60,427 nucleotides of DNA from NCBI GenBank assembly GCA_013202975.1, contig JABMQY010000085.1:1-60427 (forward strand). Reading direction: 5' to 3'. The stretch comes from Candidatus Saganbacteria bacterium. Lineage in GTDB: Bacteria; Margulisbacteria; WOR-1; XYC2-FULL-46-14. Positions 46,487 to 56,556 of this stretch are shown here, in pieces. The position numbers were made by a program, and so were the translations under genes. Position 1 is the first letter of the stretch; every line of letters starts with the position of its first letter. Under the pieces are notes generated by a model. The model saw only the letters and a list, made by a program, of their open reading frames with translations. It was not told where the DNA came from and did not search any database.

Positions 46487-47263
46487 TTAGAATCTTTTTA
46501 GGCTGTTTTTACCAAAATCCCATTCAGGCGTATAGAGTATCTCTCCAAATTCTACACTATACCAAGGACTTAATTTTGAATTGATCGGATTTTTTAATAT
46601 ATGTATATCTTGTGCCGGCATATAGCTTTGTGCTAATAAGAAGATTTTTTCTCCTGTTATTTTGTTTATTGCCATATCAACAATGATTACAGCATGGCCG
46701 GGGAATCCTCCTTCAATAAATATATCGCCAATTTTAATTTCATTAATATTTGATAATGACCTTAATTCTTTGCTTAATGAGTACGATCCGGCATAGCTAA
46801 AAACAATGTTTAGATATTTCCTTAGATTATTGTAAGAGTAATCTTTTTTTGCAAATTTTGTCCAGCGGATGGTTTTTCCATTGGTAAAGTTAAAATGGAT
46901 TGAACTAAATTTTTTGAGAGAGTACAAATACTCTGCGCGAAGGCGCATTATGGCATCGGCGCATTGTTGCAGGTTTCTTTTGCCTATATCAATGTCAACG
47001 ATGGCAAAATGGGCATTTTGATTTATTTTTTCTTGATTATTGTATAACATTACTCTGGGTTTACCTTTTTTTAGCGGCAGGTGTCTTAGCCAATCAGCAA
47101 AACTTTCTGGCTGGACAGTGGTTCTTGTAAAGCTCAATGGGGTTGGAATGCGCTTAACAATACTGTCTGACCGGTCATATTTGTTTGTCCAGTGATAAGA
47201 GATAGAAAAAGCTGTGTTTGAAGACACAAAAAGCACTAATAGGATTGTTAGGACATACTTCAT
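46487..47263 (-). CDS. Secreted hypothetical protein (258 aa)
   Basis: Signal peptide MKYVLTILLVLFVSSNTAFS; no recognised domain. Confidence 0.5.
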   Translation of the reverse strand: MKYVLTILLVLFVSSNTAFSISYHWTNKYDRSDSIVKRIPTPLSFTRTTVQPESFADWLRHLPLKKGKPRVMLYNNQEKINQNAHFAIVDIDIGKRNLQQCADAIMRLRAEYLYSLKKFSSIHFNFTNGKTIRWTKFAKKDYSYNNLRKYLNIVFSYAGSYSLSKELRSLSNINEIKIGDIFIEGGFPGHAVIIVDMAINKITGEKIFLLAQSYMPAQDIHILKNPINSKLSPWYSVEFGEILYTPEWDFGKNSLKRF

Positions 47264-47321
47264 ATTGATTCTTATGCTATAATTCTATCACAATTTATTT
47301 TGTTTATAGGAGGGATATGAA

Positions 47322-48917
47322 ATGCGTAAATTGGTTTTTGTTTTTTGTTTATTGCTATTAACGGTTCTTGTGTCCGGCTGTATCGATCTTAAGGAGAAAC
47401 ATACCCTAAACTTGGATGGTTCCGGAAAGATGGAATTTACGGCACTGCTTGAGCCGGTTGATATCAGTATGAGCGGTGAGGAGCAGGATTTTTCAAAAGA
47501 TGATATGAAGGGGATGATTAAGCAGACAATTGAAGATTCAAAGGGGGTGGACGCCTGGAGCAAGATCAGCTATAAAAAGATGTCTGACGGAAAGATGCTT
47601 ATTAATGGTGCTTTGTATTATAAGGATATTGGCAAACTTGGGTTAAACATTGGCGGCATCAGTATGACTAATGACCCTGTTTTATATAAGGATCAGAATG
47701 GAGATTTGGTCTTTGAAATTGGAATTGGGAAGAGAGATAAATCAGAAAAAAAACCGGTTGTTAAACTGTCAGAAAAAGAGATAAAAGCAAAAATTAAATC
47801 CGAAAAAGCAGCATATAAGAAATCAAAGCCAATGCTAGATATGTTATTAGGTGGTATGAAGACCGAGAGAAAATTTCGTCTGCCCGGGACATTAAAAAGC
47901 TCCTCAAATTTAAAAAGAGATAATGAGGGAAATCTGATTTTTGCTTATAGTGGTAAGAAGATTCTTGAATCTATTGAAAAGTTAAGCGCCGATGCCACCT
48001 GGATGCGCAATCAGATTCTGGCTGAAGTTGATCTTAATAATGATTTTCCGGTCGGGGCGGTTGAGTTCAACGAGCTGGTTTTTGGTGAAAAGGCTCCTGT
48101 CCGCGCTGTTTTTAGCGGTGATTTTAAGCCTCTTTTTAATTACGATGCCGAGGTAAAAAAAGCCAGGAAAGACTTTCCCCAAGTGCTGAAGAAACTTGGC
48201 ATTCAAAAAGCGGCCCAGGTGGAGCGGATAAAGGCAGGTGGGGGGATCAGGGATTTGGTGGTAAATAAAATTGAGGCAGGGAAAGACCGATATGTATTGG
48301 GAATGGAGGGGAAACTTCCGGAAGAGGGGTTGGCGGCAGAAGGAAAAATTACCAAAATTATTTCAAGCAGCGGGGCTGATCTTTTGCCCGAAAGTGACTG
48401 GGACAAGAGATTAGGTTTTCTCAGTTTGTCTAACGAAGATAATAAGACCGTAACATTTGATATTAGAGTTCCAGTTCCAGAAGGTAAAAAGGTTAAGGGG
48501 GTCAAAGAAATTTCCGGGGTACTAGAATATACAGTGGGGGTTAACCTAAAAAAAATAAATCTTGGGATTAATAGTTTTAAGGCCAAAGCAAAAGGGAACA
48601 AGTTTAGTGCAAAAATTGAGAAATTAAAAGAGGGTGAGAGTGAATGGTCTAAGGGGAGCTGGAAATTGAATTTATTTCTTGATCTTCCCCCAAAGCAGCT
48701 CAGGTCTGCGGAATTTTATGACAGCAAGGGCAAGAAACTGGATGTCAGTAAAGGTGGATATTCTGCCATGAATGACAAGACAACCTTTTACTTTTCTCTT
48801 GACGGCAAATTTCCTAAAAAGGGAAAAATTGTGATTGAAACATTTGAAAAGATAATAAAGAAGGAGCTTTCTTTTAAACTCAAGAATATATCATTTAAAG
48901 CGGTGTCTAGAAAGTAA
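47322..48917 (+). CDS. Lipoprotein, hypothetical (531 aa)
   Basis: Signal with lipobox ..LTVLVSGC..; RBS TAGGAGGGA upstream; Lys-rich. Confidence 0.6.
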   Translation: MRKLVFVFCLLLLTVLVSGCIDLKEKHTLNLDGSGKMEFTALLEPVDISMSGEEQDFSKDDMKGMIKQTIEDSKGVDAWSKISYKKMSDGKMLINGALYYKDIGKLGLNIGGISMTNDPVLYKDQNGDLVFEIGIGKRDKSEKKPVVKLSEKEIKAKIKSEKAAYKKSKPMLDMLLGGMKTERKFRLPGTLKSSSNLKRDNEGNLIFAYSGKKILESIEKLSADATWMRNQILAEVDLNNDFPVGAVEFNELVFGEKAPVRAVFSGDFKPLFNYDAEVKKARKDFPQVLKKLGIQKAAQVERIKAGGGIRDLVVNKIEAGKDRYVLGMEGKLPEEGLAAEGKITKIISSSGADLLPESDWDKRLGFLSLSNEDNKTVTFDIRVPVPEGKKVKGVKEISGVLEYTVGVNLKKINLGINSFKAKAKGNKFSAKIEKLKEGESEWSKGSWKLNLFLDLPPKQLRSAEFYDSKGKKLDVSKGGYSAMNDKTTFYFSLDGKFPKKGKIVIETFEKIIKKELSFKLKNISFKAVSRK

Positions 48918-49887
48918 TTAGTACTTTAAGAGAGTCTTTTGCATTTGAGACCATTGCAAAGCCCTTTTGGATCTCTTTTAACGGGAATTTGTGGGTGATT
49001 GTGTCAGCCACATTAAATTTGCCGCTTTTTATTAATTCCAGGGCTTCTTCTAAATCAAGCGGGGCTGCTCCATAGGATGAAGTGAGTGTTATTTCATTTC
49101 TCCAGAAATCAACTGTCGGTATTTCTATGTTCTTATTTGGAATAGCAAAGAGTAATATTGTGGATTTATTATCAGCGCAATCAAAGGCTTGCTCAATTGC
49201 CTGATATGCTCCGGTGCAAATTATTATTTTGTCGGCTTTAATGTTTTCAAGTTTTTCTCTGGCATCAATAACCTGATCTGCCCCAAACTCTTTGGCCTTC
49301 TTTTTTCTATATTCATTAATATCTGTAGCAATGACTTTGGCTCCCTTTAACTTTGCCATGCGGATGTTTAATAGTCCAGATAAGCCGCTCCCTAAGACTA
49401 AAACAGTCTGGCCGACTTTAACATCAATAACTCTTTGTCCGCGAACAACACAGGCCAGCGGTTCTATCATGGTTCCTTCATCATATGAGACATTTTCTGG
49501 GAGAATATAAGTTCCGTTTTCAACATTTATTTTTGGAATTCTGATAAATTCGCTAAAACCGCCTGGATCGTAGTTTCCCTTGTGAAGGGTATCACAGGCA
49601 GTATGATTTCCGGCCAGACAGTATTTACAGCTGTTGCAGGGGACATGGTGGCTTACAAAAACGCGCTGGCCGGCTTTATATCTATCTGATTTTGATTCAA
49701 CTATTTCTCCGGCAATTTCGTGACCGAGAATCCGCGGTCCTTTTTTTATCCGATACCATTCCATAACATCGGTTCCGCAGATGCCGCTGGCAATGGTTTT
49801 TACTAATATTTCACCGGAATTGATCTTTGGGGTTTCGATCTCTTCTAAACGAATATCTTTATTATTGTAGTATCGGGCTACTTGCAT
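48907..49887 (-). CDS. Zn-dependent alcohol/polyol dehydrogenase (MDR family, threonine/sorbitol dehydrogenase-like)
   Basis: ..GICGTDVMEW.. ..GHEIAGEIVE.. Zn-ligand pattern; ..CNSCKYCLAGNHTAC.. structural-zinc Cys cluster; GxGxxG ..VLGSGLSGL... Confidence 0.8.
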   Translation of the reverse strand: MQVARYYNNKDIRLEEIETPKINSGEILVKTIASGICGTDVMEWYRIKKGPRILGHEIAGEIVESKSDRYKAGQRVFVSHHVPCNSCKYCLAGNHTACDTLHKGNYDPGGFSEFIRIPKINVENGTYILPENVSYDEGTMIEPLACVVRGQRVIDVKVGQTVLVLGSGLSGLLNIRMAKLKGAKVIATDINEYRKKKAKEFGADQVIDAREKLENIKADKIIICTGAYQAIEQAFDCADNKSTILLFAIPNKNIEIPTVDFWRNEITLTSSYGAAPLDLEEALELIKSGKFNVADTITHKFPLKEIQKGFAMVSNAKDSLKVLITF

Positions 49888-50663
49888 GCTGATTTAAAAA
49901 TATCATCCGCATCTTTTACGCTAGCTTTCTTATGAATAATCGCATCTAGTGCTTTGGCCACAGCCACTGGGTTTGGATTTTGCCAAATATTTCGCCCAAG
50001 GTTTACTCCAACCGCCCCTTTTGACATCCCATCATGTACAAATTCAAAGACCTCATGCTCTGTCTCACACTTTGGCCCGCCGGCCATAACTACTGGGACC
50101 GGGCAGCCTTCTACAACTTTTTCAAAGTTTTTACACCAATATGTTTTTACAACCCTTGCTCCTAGTTCTGCTGCAATGCGGCAGGCTAGTGCTAAGTAGC
50201 GTGCTTCTCTTTTTTCTGTTTCTTTGCCGACTGCTGTTACCGCCATTACCGGAATCCCATAGTTTTCACATTTATTTACTAATTCTGCCAGGTTTTGCAG
50301 GGTCTCTTTCTCATAATCACTGCCGACGAAGATCGAAAGACCTACGGCAGCTACGTTTAGTCTAATTATTTCTTCGATAGAGGTAGTAAGAACTTCGTTA
50401 GCCAAATCTTTACCAACCATGCTGGTTCCGCCGGAGACTCGAAGGATGATCGGCTTATCAATATTTGCGTCAATTGCCGAGCGCAGCACCCCTCTGGTGC
50501 AAAAGAGAGCGTCAAAGTAGGGGAGGAGCGGTTTGATTGTCTCTGCCGGTTTTTCCAGGCAAGAGGTCGGTCCCTGAAAGTACCCGTGATCAATCGGCAT
50601 AAAGAAGCAATGCCCGTCTTTTTGAAATAATTTGCTTAAACGATTCTTCATTCCCCAGTCCAT
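49878..50663 (-). CDS. Class I fructose-bisphosphate aldolase, DhnA/archaeal type (or related ADH-synthase family)
   Basis: Internal ATG 50663 with GGAGGG RBS preferred over the track start 50933. ..ILRVSGGTSM.. ..VKTYW.. and Lys-containing ..AVGVNLGRNIWQ.. motifs of the DeoC/FbaB-type TIM barrel. Confidence 0.7.
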   Translation of the reverse strand: MDWGMKNRLSKLFQKDGHCFFMPIDHGYFQGPTSCLEKPAETIKPLLPYFDALFCTRGVLRSAIDANIDKPIILRVSGGTSMVGKDLANEVLTTSIEEIIRLNVAAVGLSIFVGSDYEKETLQNLAELVNKCENYGIPVMAVTAVGKETEKREARYLALACRIAAELGARVVKTYWCKNFEKVVEGCPVPVVMAGGPKCETEHEVFEFVHDGMSKGAVGVNLGRNIWQNPNPVAVAKALDAIIHKKASVKDADDIFKSACK

Positions 50664-50742
50664 TTGGAGTCCCTCCTGTTGTAAATTTGTATATTTTATT
50701 ATATCATAATGAGACAAAATATAAGAAAAGGGGGAGAATAAT

Positions 50743-51057
50743 ATGGGGGGATACTTAAAGTTTGTAGAAGGGATGAAGTCAGCTGCCAGGGTTTTTGATG
50801 ATCTTGCTTTTATGAAGATGTTTTTGCCGCTAATTTCTGTCGTAGGAATTGTTGCTTTTTTAGGATTTGGAATTATGGGGGTTGCTAAAAAGAAGACCCT
50901 TTTTCTTGGGCGGTTAATTGGGGGGCAGGTCATCCAGGGAGGCTGGTGGATTGAAGGTGTCTGGGCAGTAATCCTTGGGGTTGTTTATTTGATAACCGGA
51001 ATAATCATGCTCCTGATTTTAGGACCTTTTAGTTTGGCATTACTGGGTTTAATCTAA
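50743..51057 (+). CDS. Small membrane protein (104 aa), hypothetical
   Basis: Three hydrophobic helices; RBS GGGGGAGAA upstream. Confidence 0.45.
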   Translation: MGGYLKFVEGMKSAARVFDDLAFMKMFLPLISVVGIVAFLGFGIMGVAKKKTLFLGRLIGGQVIQGGWWIEGVWAVILGVVYLITGIIMLLILGPFSLALLGLI

Positions 51058-51075
51058 TTATTTACAATCGGGTAT

Positions 51076-52035
51076 TTAGTTTTTATACAAAAAAGTAAGT
51101 TCTTTGCGTTGAAAGATAGAGTTAAGATAGGGATCTTCTTCTATCATATGTTTTGTTGGTTTGTATCCTTTTTGTTTTGCAATTTGTAACTGTTTTAATG
51201 CTTGTGCTTTTTTACCCTGGGCTGCCAATAGTGAAGCATAAAAATGGTGCCTGATGGGCTCATTTCCATACAGAGTTGTCACACTTTTTTTGAATTGTTT
51301 TGCATATTTTTTATCTTTTGATTTTGGGTCATTTATGTAGATATAAACAAAGGTTTGAGGGAGCATAAGTCCACCATTGTCATAGAAAAAATCTGCAGCC
51401 AGGTCAAATTCTTTGTCATCTGCGAGGACTATTGCAATCTCGTGAAAAAGGAAGGAGTACCCAGCTTGACTATCAACTGTGTAATACTTGGCCTTTTTGG
51501 CTTCTTCTATTGCTTCCTTAATCCGGTTTGATTTTCTTAATGCAGCGATTAGATTTGTCCACAGGATGCTGTTTTTTGGCTTTATTTTTAATCCCTGCCG
51601 GCTGATTTCAACTGCTTTGTTATATTTTCCCTCGCGAAGGTAGGCTTTTCCAAGGTTTCCATAGGTTTGAGGAAGAGGGTTTTTTAGTTTTGTTGAAGCC
51701 AGAAGTAGTTTTATGGCGACTTTATTATTATCGCGCATAAGAAGGTAAGTGGTACCAAGATTGTACAATAGTGTTGTATTGTAATCTTCATTATATCCTT
51801 TGGTTTTGTAATACTCTATTTCTGATCCATCAGCCTTTTTATATATTATGTAAGTCCAGTATTTTCCATTTGATTGGGGATCTCCCTTATAGATATCAAT
51901 ATATTCATTATTGTTAATCTCAAGGTGCTGTTTGAGGATTTTTTTAGATGGGGTGGAACCTATGGCAGAATTAGAACTGGCAAGAAAAAGATGAACAAGA
52001 ATCAAAATAATAGACACAAATCTTAATGTTTTCAT
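51076..52035 (-). CDS. Secreted TPR-repeat protein
   Basis: Start at internal ATG 52035 (RBS AAAGGAGAA) giving signal MKTLRFVSIILILVHLFLASSNSA. TPR-like ..YGNLGKAYLREGKYNKAVEI.. repeats. Confidence 0.6.
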   Translation of the reverse strand: MKTLRFVSIILILVHLFLASSNSAIGSTPSKKILKQHLEINNNEYIDIYKGDPQSNGKYWTYIIYKKADGSEIEYYKTKGYNEDYNTTLLYNLGTTYLLMRDNNKVAIKLLLASTKLKNPLPQTYGNLGKAYLREGKYNKAVEISRQGLKIKPKNSILWTNLIAALRKSNRIKEAIEEAKKAKYYTVDSQAGYSFLFHEIAIVLADDKEFDLAADFFYDNGGLMLPQTFVYIYINDPKSKDKKYAKQFKKSVTTLYGNEPIRHHFYASLLAAQGKKAQALKQLQIAKQKGYKPTKHMIEEDPYLNSIFQRKELTFLYKN

Positions 52036-52280
52036 TTTGTTTTCTCCTTTTTGATAATATAATACCAGAGATAATATAATGGAATGACAATAATAAATAT
52101 TCCCGCCCCCCACCAAAAGATTCTCATCATATATTGCGGAGCAAAGAAGTGGGCGGCAAGCACTGCAAAGGTAAATCCGTAAATTGAGCCGATTAGTAGT
52201 CCGGTTACTCCTTTTAAATATTTAATAATAAACAAAAACTGGAGAATTATTGCAATAGCTATAAATGTGATCCTGTTCAT
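52032..52280 (-). CDS. Small membrane protein (82 aa)
   Basis: Two to three hydrophobic helices; stop overlaps the TPR-gene start by 4 nt. Confidence 0.4.
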   Translation of the reverse strand: MNRITFIAIAIILQFLFIIKYLKGVTGLLIGSIYGFTFAVLAAHFFAPQYMMRIFWWGAGIFIIVIPLYYLWYYIIKKEKTK

Positions 52281-52720
52281 TCCTTAATGTCCACTCCTTT
52301 AGACCAGGCAATTAAGTCTGAAATTCCTTTTTCCGGTATGACCAGCGCAAAGCAGTCTCCGTCATTTGAGGCGATTTCTATTATTTTGGTCGGCTCCAAA
52401 CTGATCCGCCCGCTTTTTTGTCCGGTGTCCATGATTTTGGGCCTGTTTCCCGGACCATAACAGATTGTTTCTTTTTCATCCTCTTCTGTTTTTATGAAAA
52501 ACCTTTGTTCGCTGGTCAGTATTGCCGATATTTGTTTCCCCGGGCCTTCCTCAACCACAAAAAATCCGGCCCAATACTTTAATATCTTTTCAGTCTCATT
52601 TAAGTTGAAGTGTTCATTCCAGTAAGTGCCGGGATCAATAATCCCGAACATCCTTTTTAAATTATTAAATATTTCTATTAATAGATCTTTCATGGCTAAT
52701 TTTTCGGATAAATTCATCAA
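52277..52720 (-). CDS. Hypothetical protein (147 aa)
   Basis: ORF in an operon-like arrangement. Confidence 0.4.
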   Translation of the reverse strand: MMNLSEKLAMKDLLIEIFNNLKRMFGIIDPGTYWNEHFNLNETEKILKYWAGFFVVEEGPGKQISAILTSEQRFFIKTEEDEKETICYGPGNRPKIMDTGQKSGRISLEPTKIIEIASNDGDCFALVIPEKGISDLIAWSKGVDIKE

Positions 52721-53627
52721 TTAAATCCAAGACGGGATCGATTTCGTGCATTTTTCCGTTAACTTCTTCTAATTCATTCCATTTAATCTCAATTTTTTTT
52801 TCTTTTAAAGGAAGATAGACCTTTACTGTAGCATTCCTGGTGCTGGCTGATTCAGTTGCTTTTCTATTGCTTAAAATGAAATTAAGTTTATTGAAAAAAT
52901 CTTCTGCAGATTTCCTGTCAATAGTTGCCGAAAAACTTTGCATTTGCTTATTATCTTTCCAAAAATATCCGCCTTTATTGTCTATGAGGATTTGAATTTT
53001 GTCGTCTTTTGGCTTAAAGATAATATTTGCCTCTGTATAGACTTCACATCCGCCCGAAACCTTAATATATCCTTCCCTCTGCATAATATTGTTGGCCATT
53101 GTTTTTTTATTCCCCAATTTTTTTAATATTATATCCTTCTTTGCCGGTGATTCATAGGCTCCGGTGCAGAAAAGTTCATAGCCCTTTTCTTTTTTGCTGA
53201 GAAAAACAACCAGTCTCTTCTCCTTGTCAAAATTAGCCAATGTATCATATTTTTCGTAAATTGGTGATTTTCTAATCCCCTCTAATGCATATTTTTGATA
53301 CATAATAAATTTCCATTCGTTGTAGGCAGGAGCGACCCTGATTTTTGTGTCTATTGACGGATCATTATTGGTTTTTAGTTGTTCGACAACCTTAAAATTA
53401 TAGATAGTTTGTTGATAGGGTTTGTGCATAAAAATGTTCCAATGGATATTCCTTGATTCTTTTGTAATGAATGGATCAGACTTTTCTACCAAGAAAATGT
53501 AGGGCGAGCTGCTAATTAATTCTTTTAAAGAGATCTTATTGTAGAAAATCTTGCTGGAATGGCTGGCCAAAGTAGACAGACCTAAGATTAGAAGAATAAC
53601 AGTTAATAAAGTAATTTTCTTATTCAT
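52665..53627 (-). CDS. Secreted hypothetical protein (320 aa)
   Basis: Signal peptide MNKKITLLTVILLILGLSTLASHS. Confidence 0.5.
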   Translation of the reverse strand: MNKKITLLTVILLILGLSTLASHSSKIFYNKISLKELISSSPYIFLVEKSDPFITKESRNIHWNIFMHKPYQQTIYNFKVVEQLKTNNDPSIDTKIRVAPAYNEWKFIMYQKYALEGIRKSPIYEKYDTLANFDKEKRLVVFLSKKEKGYELFCTGAYESPAKKDIILKKLGNKKTMANNIMQREGYIKVSGGCEVYTEANIIFKPKDDKIQILIDNKGGYFWKDNKQMQSFSATIDRKSAEDFFNKLNFILSNRKATESASTRNATVKVYLPLKEKKIEIKWNELEEVNGKMHEIDPVLDLIDEFIRKISHERSINRNI

Positions 53628-53688
53628 TTTTTATAATCCTATTTAAATCGGAAGGGGTGGGATTTCCCGCGGAACCCACGATTTCAAA

Positions 53689-53775
53689 CGGAGGGAGGAG
53701 GATTCGAACCCCCGATGCCGTTTCCGACATAGTCGCTTTCGAGGCGACCGCTTTCAACCACTCAGCCATCCCTCC
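53689..53775 (-). tRNA. tRNA-Ser (anticodon CGA), type II with long variable arm
   Basis: Reverse complement GGAGGGATGGCTGAGTGGTTGAAAGCGGTCGCCTCGAAAGCGACTATGTCGGAAACGGCATCGGGGGTTCGAATCCTCCTCCCTCCG. Anticodon stem GTCGC/GCGAC, loop CTCGAAA; T-loop GGTTCGAATCC; CCA not encoded. Confidence 0.85.
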
Positions 53776-53783
53776 TTATTCTT

Positions 53784-53804
53784 TTGGATTTGCCACCCTT
53801 CCCA
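53784..53804. repeat. 21-nt direct repeat copy A (TTGGATTTGCCACCCTTCCCA); identical to the serpin 3' end at 56570..56590
   Basis: Exact 21/21 match. On the minus strand it encodes ..GRVANP.., a remnant of the serpin C-terminal motif, sitting just 5' of the tRNA-Ser. Confidence 0.7.
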
Positions 53805-53856
53805 GTATATCAATCTATTCTACCAAATATTTTGATAATAAGTGAAATTTCTGACC

Positions 53857-53874
53857 AAAATTGACGATATATAT
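53857..53874 (+). promoter_or_regulatory. Recurring motif AAAATTGACGATATATAT (instance 2), ~80 nt upstream of the kinase gene
   Basis: Exact 18/18 match to instance 1; followed by ATGTAG and a hairpin+CGTACAAA leader. Confidence 0.45.
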
Positions 53875-53954
53875 GTAGATAGGGTAGATCAGCTTGCACT
53901 GAGCGAAGTCGAAGTGTGATCTGCCCGTACAAAGAGAAAAACAAGGAGAGAAAA

Positions 53955-55238
53955 ATGAGAGCAGCCAGCAGAGCAGCTGAAATGCCAAATAGGCTAATAC
54001 CACAAAGACGTCTGGGTATCGAACAATTTTTACAGCGTGGAATTCCTCAACTGCCTAAAAGAACTACTCCTAGATACTTGGGTGAACAAAGATTACTTCA
54101 AAAAATAAATACTGACGGGGTTTTGTCATATAACGAATGGTCGGATATCTATTCGGCCGATCCAACTGATCCACGGCTTTCTAGCCTGATAGCGCATGTA
54201 GACGAGAAAGGGCTTGATCTTGTATCTCCCCGGGACAATCAATTGGCACAGAGATTTGTGGACAAGAATGTGATAGCGAAAATTTTAAAGCCGGGGTTGG
54301 AATTAACCGGTGGGGCTGAAGTTGTAAGCCGACTGGGTCAGGGAAGCAGTAAGGTGGCCTTTAGGACCAGAATAGATGATTCTGAGGATCAGGAAAGAGT
54401 AATGCTGCTTGGTTCTGAAGATGTGTTAAGGGGGGAAAAAGCTGCCTATCGTCGAGTTGAAGCGGAGGTTGCTTTGTTCAATCCTGAAGAGAGCACCCTT
54501 GCAGCTCATTTTGCCAGAAAGGATTATAGTCCTGCCCCCCCTCTGCTGCGAGAAGGGGTTTTGCATCTTCTAAGCTATAATTCGGAAGAAGGAATATTTC
54601 GCAGTGTTTTGAGAATTCCTTTTTTTGATACTGTTTTTCGGAAAGGGGGAATATTATCTGAGGTTATCTCTGCGAAAGAAGATAGACTGGATTTTACTTT
54701 TGCCGGGAATATTTTGATTTCTATGATTAGGGCCAGGGAGGCAATCGGCAGGACACATGGTGATATTAAGCCTGATAATACTTATGTCTGTTCTTTGCCA
54801 GGCCGGGATGTTCAATGTGCGCTGATAGATTTGCAGGAAAATGCTTATACCCCAGAGTATGCTGCGCCAGAGCAGTTCTTAACCGGGGCAGTCAGATCTT
54901 CCGATCTTTATGCTATTGGATCAATTTTTTATGAGATGATGACAGGAAAGGTGCCTTTTATCTTCGACTGTTCTACCGAAGGAGTAGGAGATCGTCTTTT
55001 TGCATTAGCGAGAGAAAAAACAGAAAGAGGACGCTTAAGCCTGCCCGGAAGTCCCGGAGATTACCATATCAATGACCTGGAATTATGGAAAGGGATACAA
55101 ACTATACTAGGGGATATGACTGAGCCCGATCCTGCTGCCCGTTTTATTATTCCAGGAGTTTTTGATATTGGGCAAACATTAAGAATGTATAGAAAAGTCT
55201 TAGCAGAGCTGGTCAAAAAATACCTGGCGCAGGATTAA
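53955..55238 (+). CDS. Atypical Ser/Thr protein kinase-like protein
   Basis: Start ATG 53955 with AAGGAGAGA RBS. ..RLGQGSSKVAF.. Gly-rich loop; catalytic loop ..THGDIKPDNTYV.. (HRDLKPEN-like); ..ALIDLQEN.. in place of DFG; ..YAAPEQ.. APE motif. Confidence 0.6.
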   Translation: MRAASRAAEMPNRLIPQRRLGIEQFLQRGIPQLPKRTTPRYLGEQRLLQKINTDGVLSYNEWSDIYSADPTDPRLSSLIAHVDEKGLDLVSPRDNQLAQRFVDKNVIAKILKPGLELTGGAEVVSRLGQGSSKVAFRTRIDDSEDQERVMLLGSEDVLRGEKAAYRRVEAEVALFNPEESTLAAHFARKDYSPAPPLLREGVLHLLSYNSEEGIFRSVLRIPFFDTVFRKGGILSEVISAKEDRLDFTFAGNILISMIRAREAIGRTHGDIKPDNTYVCSLPGRDVQCALIDLQENAYTPEYAAPEQFLTGAVRSSDLYAIGSIFYEMMTGKVPFIFDCSTEGVGDRLFALAREKTERGRLSLPGSPGDYHINDLELWKGIQTILGDMTEPDPAARFIIPGVFDIGQTLRMYRKVLAELVKKYLAQD

Positions 55239-55267
55239 TAATTAAAATGTAAGGGGTGGGATTCGAA

Positions 55268-55738
55268 TTATTTATTATAAACAGAAATTACCCTTTTTGA
55301 TAATGAGAAATATAATAACCATGTTATCCAATAGGGTAAAATGAGTATAAATGACATGGTTGGTAATCCTGGAGCTGCAGCCATAAGTATTGATAGAATC
55401 ATTTTTCCTACGAAAAGTGCTCTCAAATAATTAATATATTTCCATGCCCTGAAACGTTTGAGGGTTAGCATTATTGAAACCACGCATATTGCCAGCCAAA
55501 TTATGAGGTTAGGAAGCATTATTATTAACATAACAACACCCGCCCCTGAGGAATCTTTCAAATAAAGAAATAAAATAGTACTTGTTACTAAGGTCATCAA
55601 GACACCGAAAAAAATCTGGATAAAATAAAATAAAAGCCAGCCTCCTATCTGTTCTTTTCTTCTAAAATAGCAAATCAAGAAAATGGTTAAGGGTAAGATT
55701 ATTGATATGATTAGGCTCCCGATAATTTGATATAGCAT
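55268..55738 (-). CDS. Integral membrane protein (156 aa), hypothetical
   Basis: 4-5 hydrophobic helices. Confidence 0.5.
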   Translation of the reverse strand: MLYQIIGSLIISIILPLTIFLICYFRRKEQIGGWLLFYFIQIFFGVLMTLVTSTILFLYLKDSSGAGVVMLIIMLPNLIIWLAICVVSIMLTLKRFRAWKYINYLRALFVGKMILSILMAAAPGLPTMSFILILPYWITWLLYFSLSKRVISVYNK

Positions 55739-55740
55739 TG

Positions 55741-56556
55741 TTAATCTGTCCTCCTTTCTCTCTTTCGAATAACAATTTTTACAACTTCTCCGCCATTGAT
55801 AGCGCTTTTTTGATCTTTGAAATAGAAGAATACATTTTTCATGTCAGGTCTTCTGGCTGCAAAGTTTTCTTCTACTAATTTTGATTCTAGGGCAAATGGT
55901 TTGATTTTCCTGTTGTAATTTAGAGCAAGTAAGCGATGTTTATTGTATCCTTTACCACCTAATTTTGCGGGGCTTGCGATAAAACGGTCTTTCTTTGAAG
56001 TGGGACGGATATCGTATAGCCCTATTCCTTCTTGATTTCTGAAATCATCATGTAAACCAAAAAGGTTGCAGTTTCCGACCCCAAAACCTCCTTTAGTTTT
56101 AGCTGCATGTGAATAAATGACAATATACTTAACTTTAAAATCATCCGGGTTTGTTTTTTCTAATTCTTTTCCAAGGGTTTCCAAGGGTATAGATGCTACT
56201 TTATTATTGTCTTTGCACCATTTCTCGAATGGGCCGTTTGTTATTCCGACTATAATTTGCGGATCGTTGAATTGAAACCCTTCGAAGATTTTCTTGTCAG
56301 GCGTTATTCCATGAATGTATTGTATATTCCTTATCTCTTTATCTTTTAAGGTTTTTAGGAGGTTTTTGGGGATTGGTTTGCCGAGCATAACGTTTCCAAT
56401 GCCGTCATTATGAATTAAATAAGCGTCAATACTTGAAGAATCTTCTTTTCTGATCATTTCTGGTATTTTTATGGCGGCAAAGATTGCCAAAGCCGTAAAA
56501 ATGACCAAAACGTAAATTGAAATTCGAATTATTAAAAAGAGTGTTTTATTGTTCAT
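55741..56556 (-). CDS. Membrane-anchored hypothetical protein (271 aa), translationally coupled to the upstream serpin gene
   Basis: N-terminal TM ..LFLIIRISIYVLVIFTALAIFAAI..; ATGA start/stop overlap with the serpin; RBS AGGAGGAAAA inside the serpin 3' end. Confidence 0.55.
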   Translation of the reverse strand: MNNKTLFLIIRISIYVLVIFTALAIFAAIKIPEMIRKEDSSSIDAYLIHNDGIGNVMLGKPIPKNLLKTLKDKEIRNIQYIHGITPDKKIFEGFQFNDPQIIVGITNGPFEKWCKDNNKVASIPLETLGKELEKTNPDDFKVKYIVIYSHAAKTKGGFGVGNCNLFGLHDDFRNQEGIGLYDIRPTSKKDRFIASPAKLGGKGYNKHRLLALNYNRKIKPFALESKLVEENFAARRPDMKNVFFYFKDQKSAINGGEVVKIVIRKRERRTD

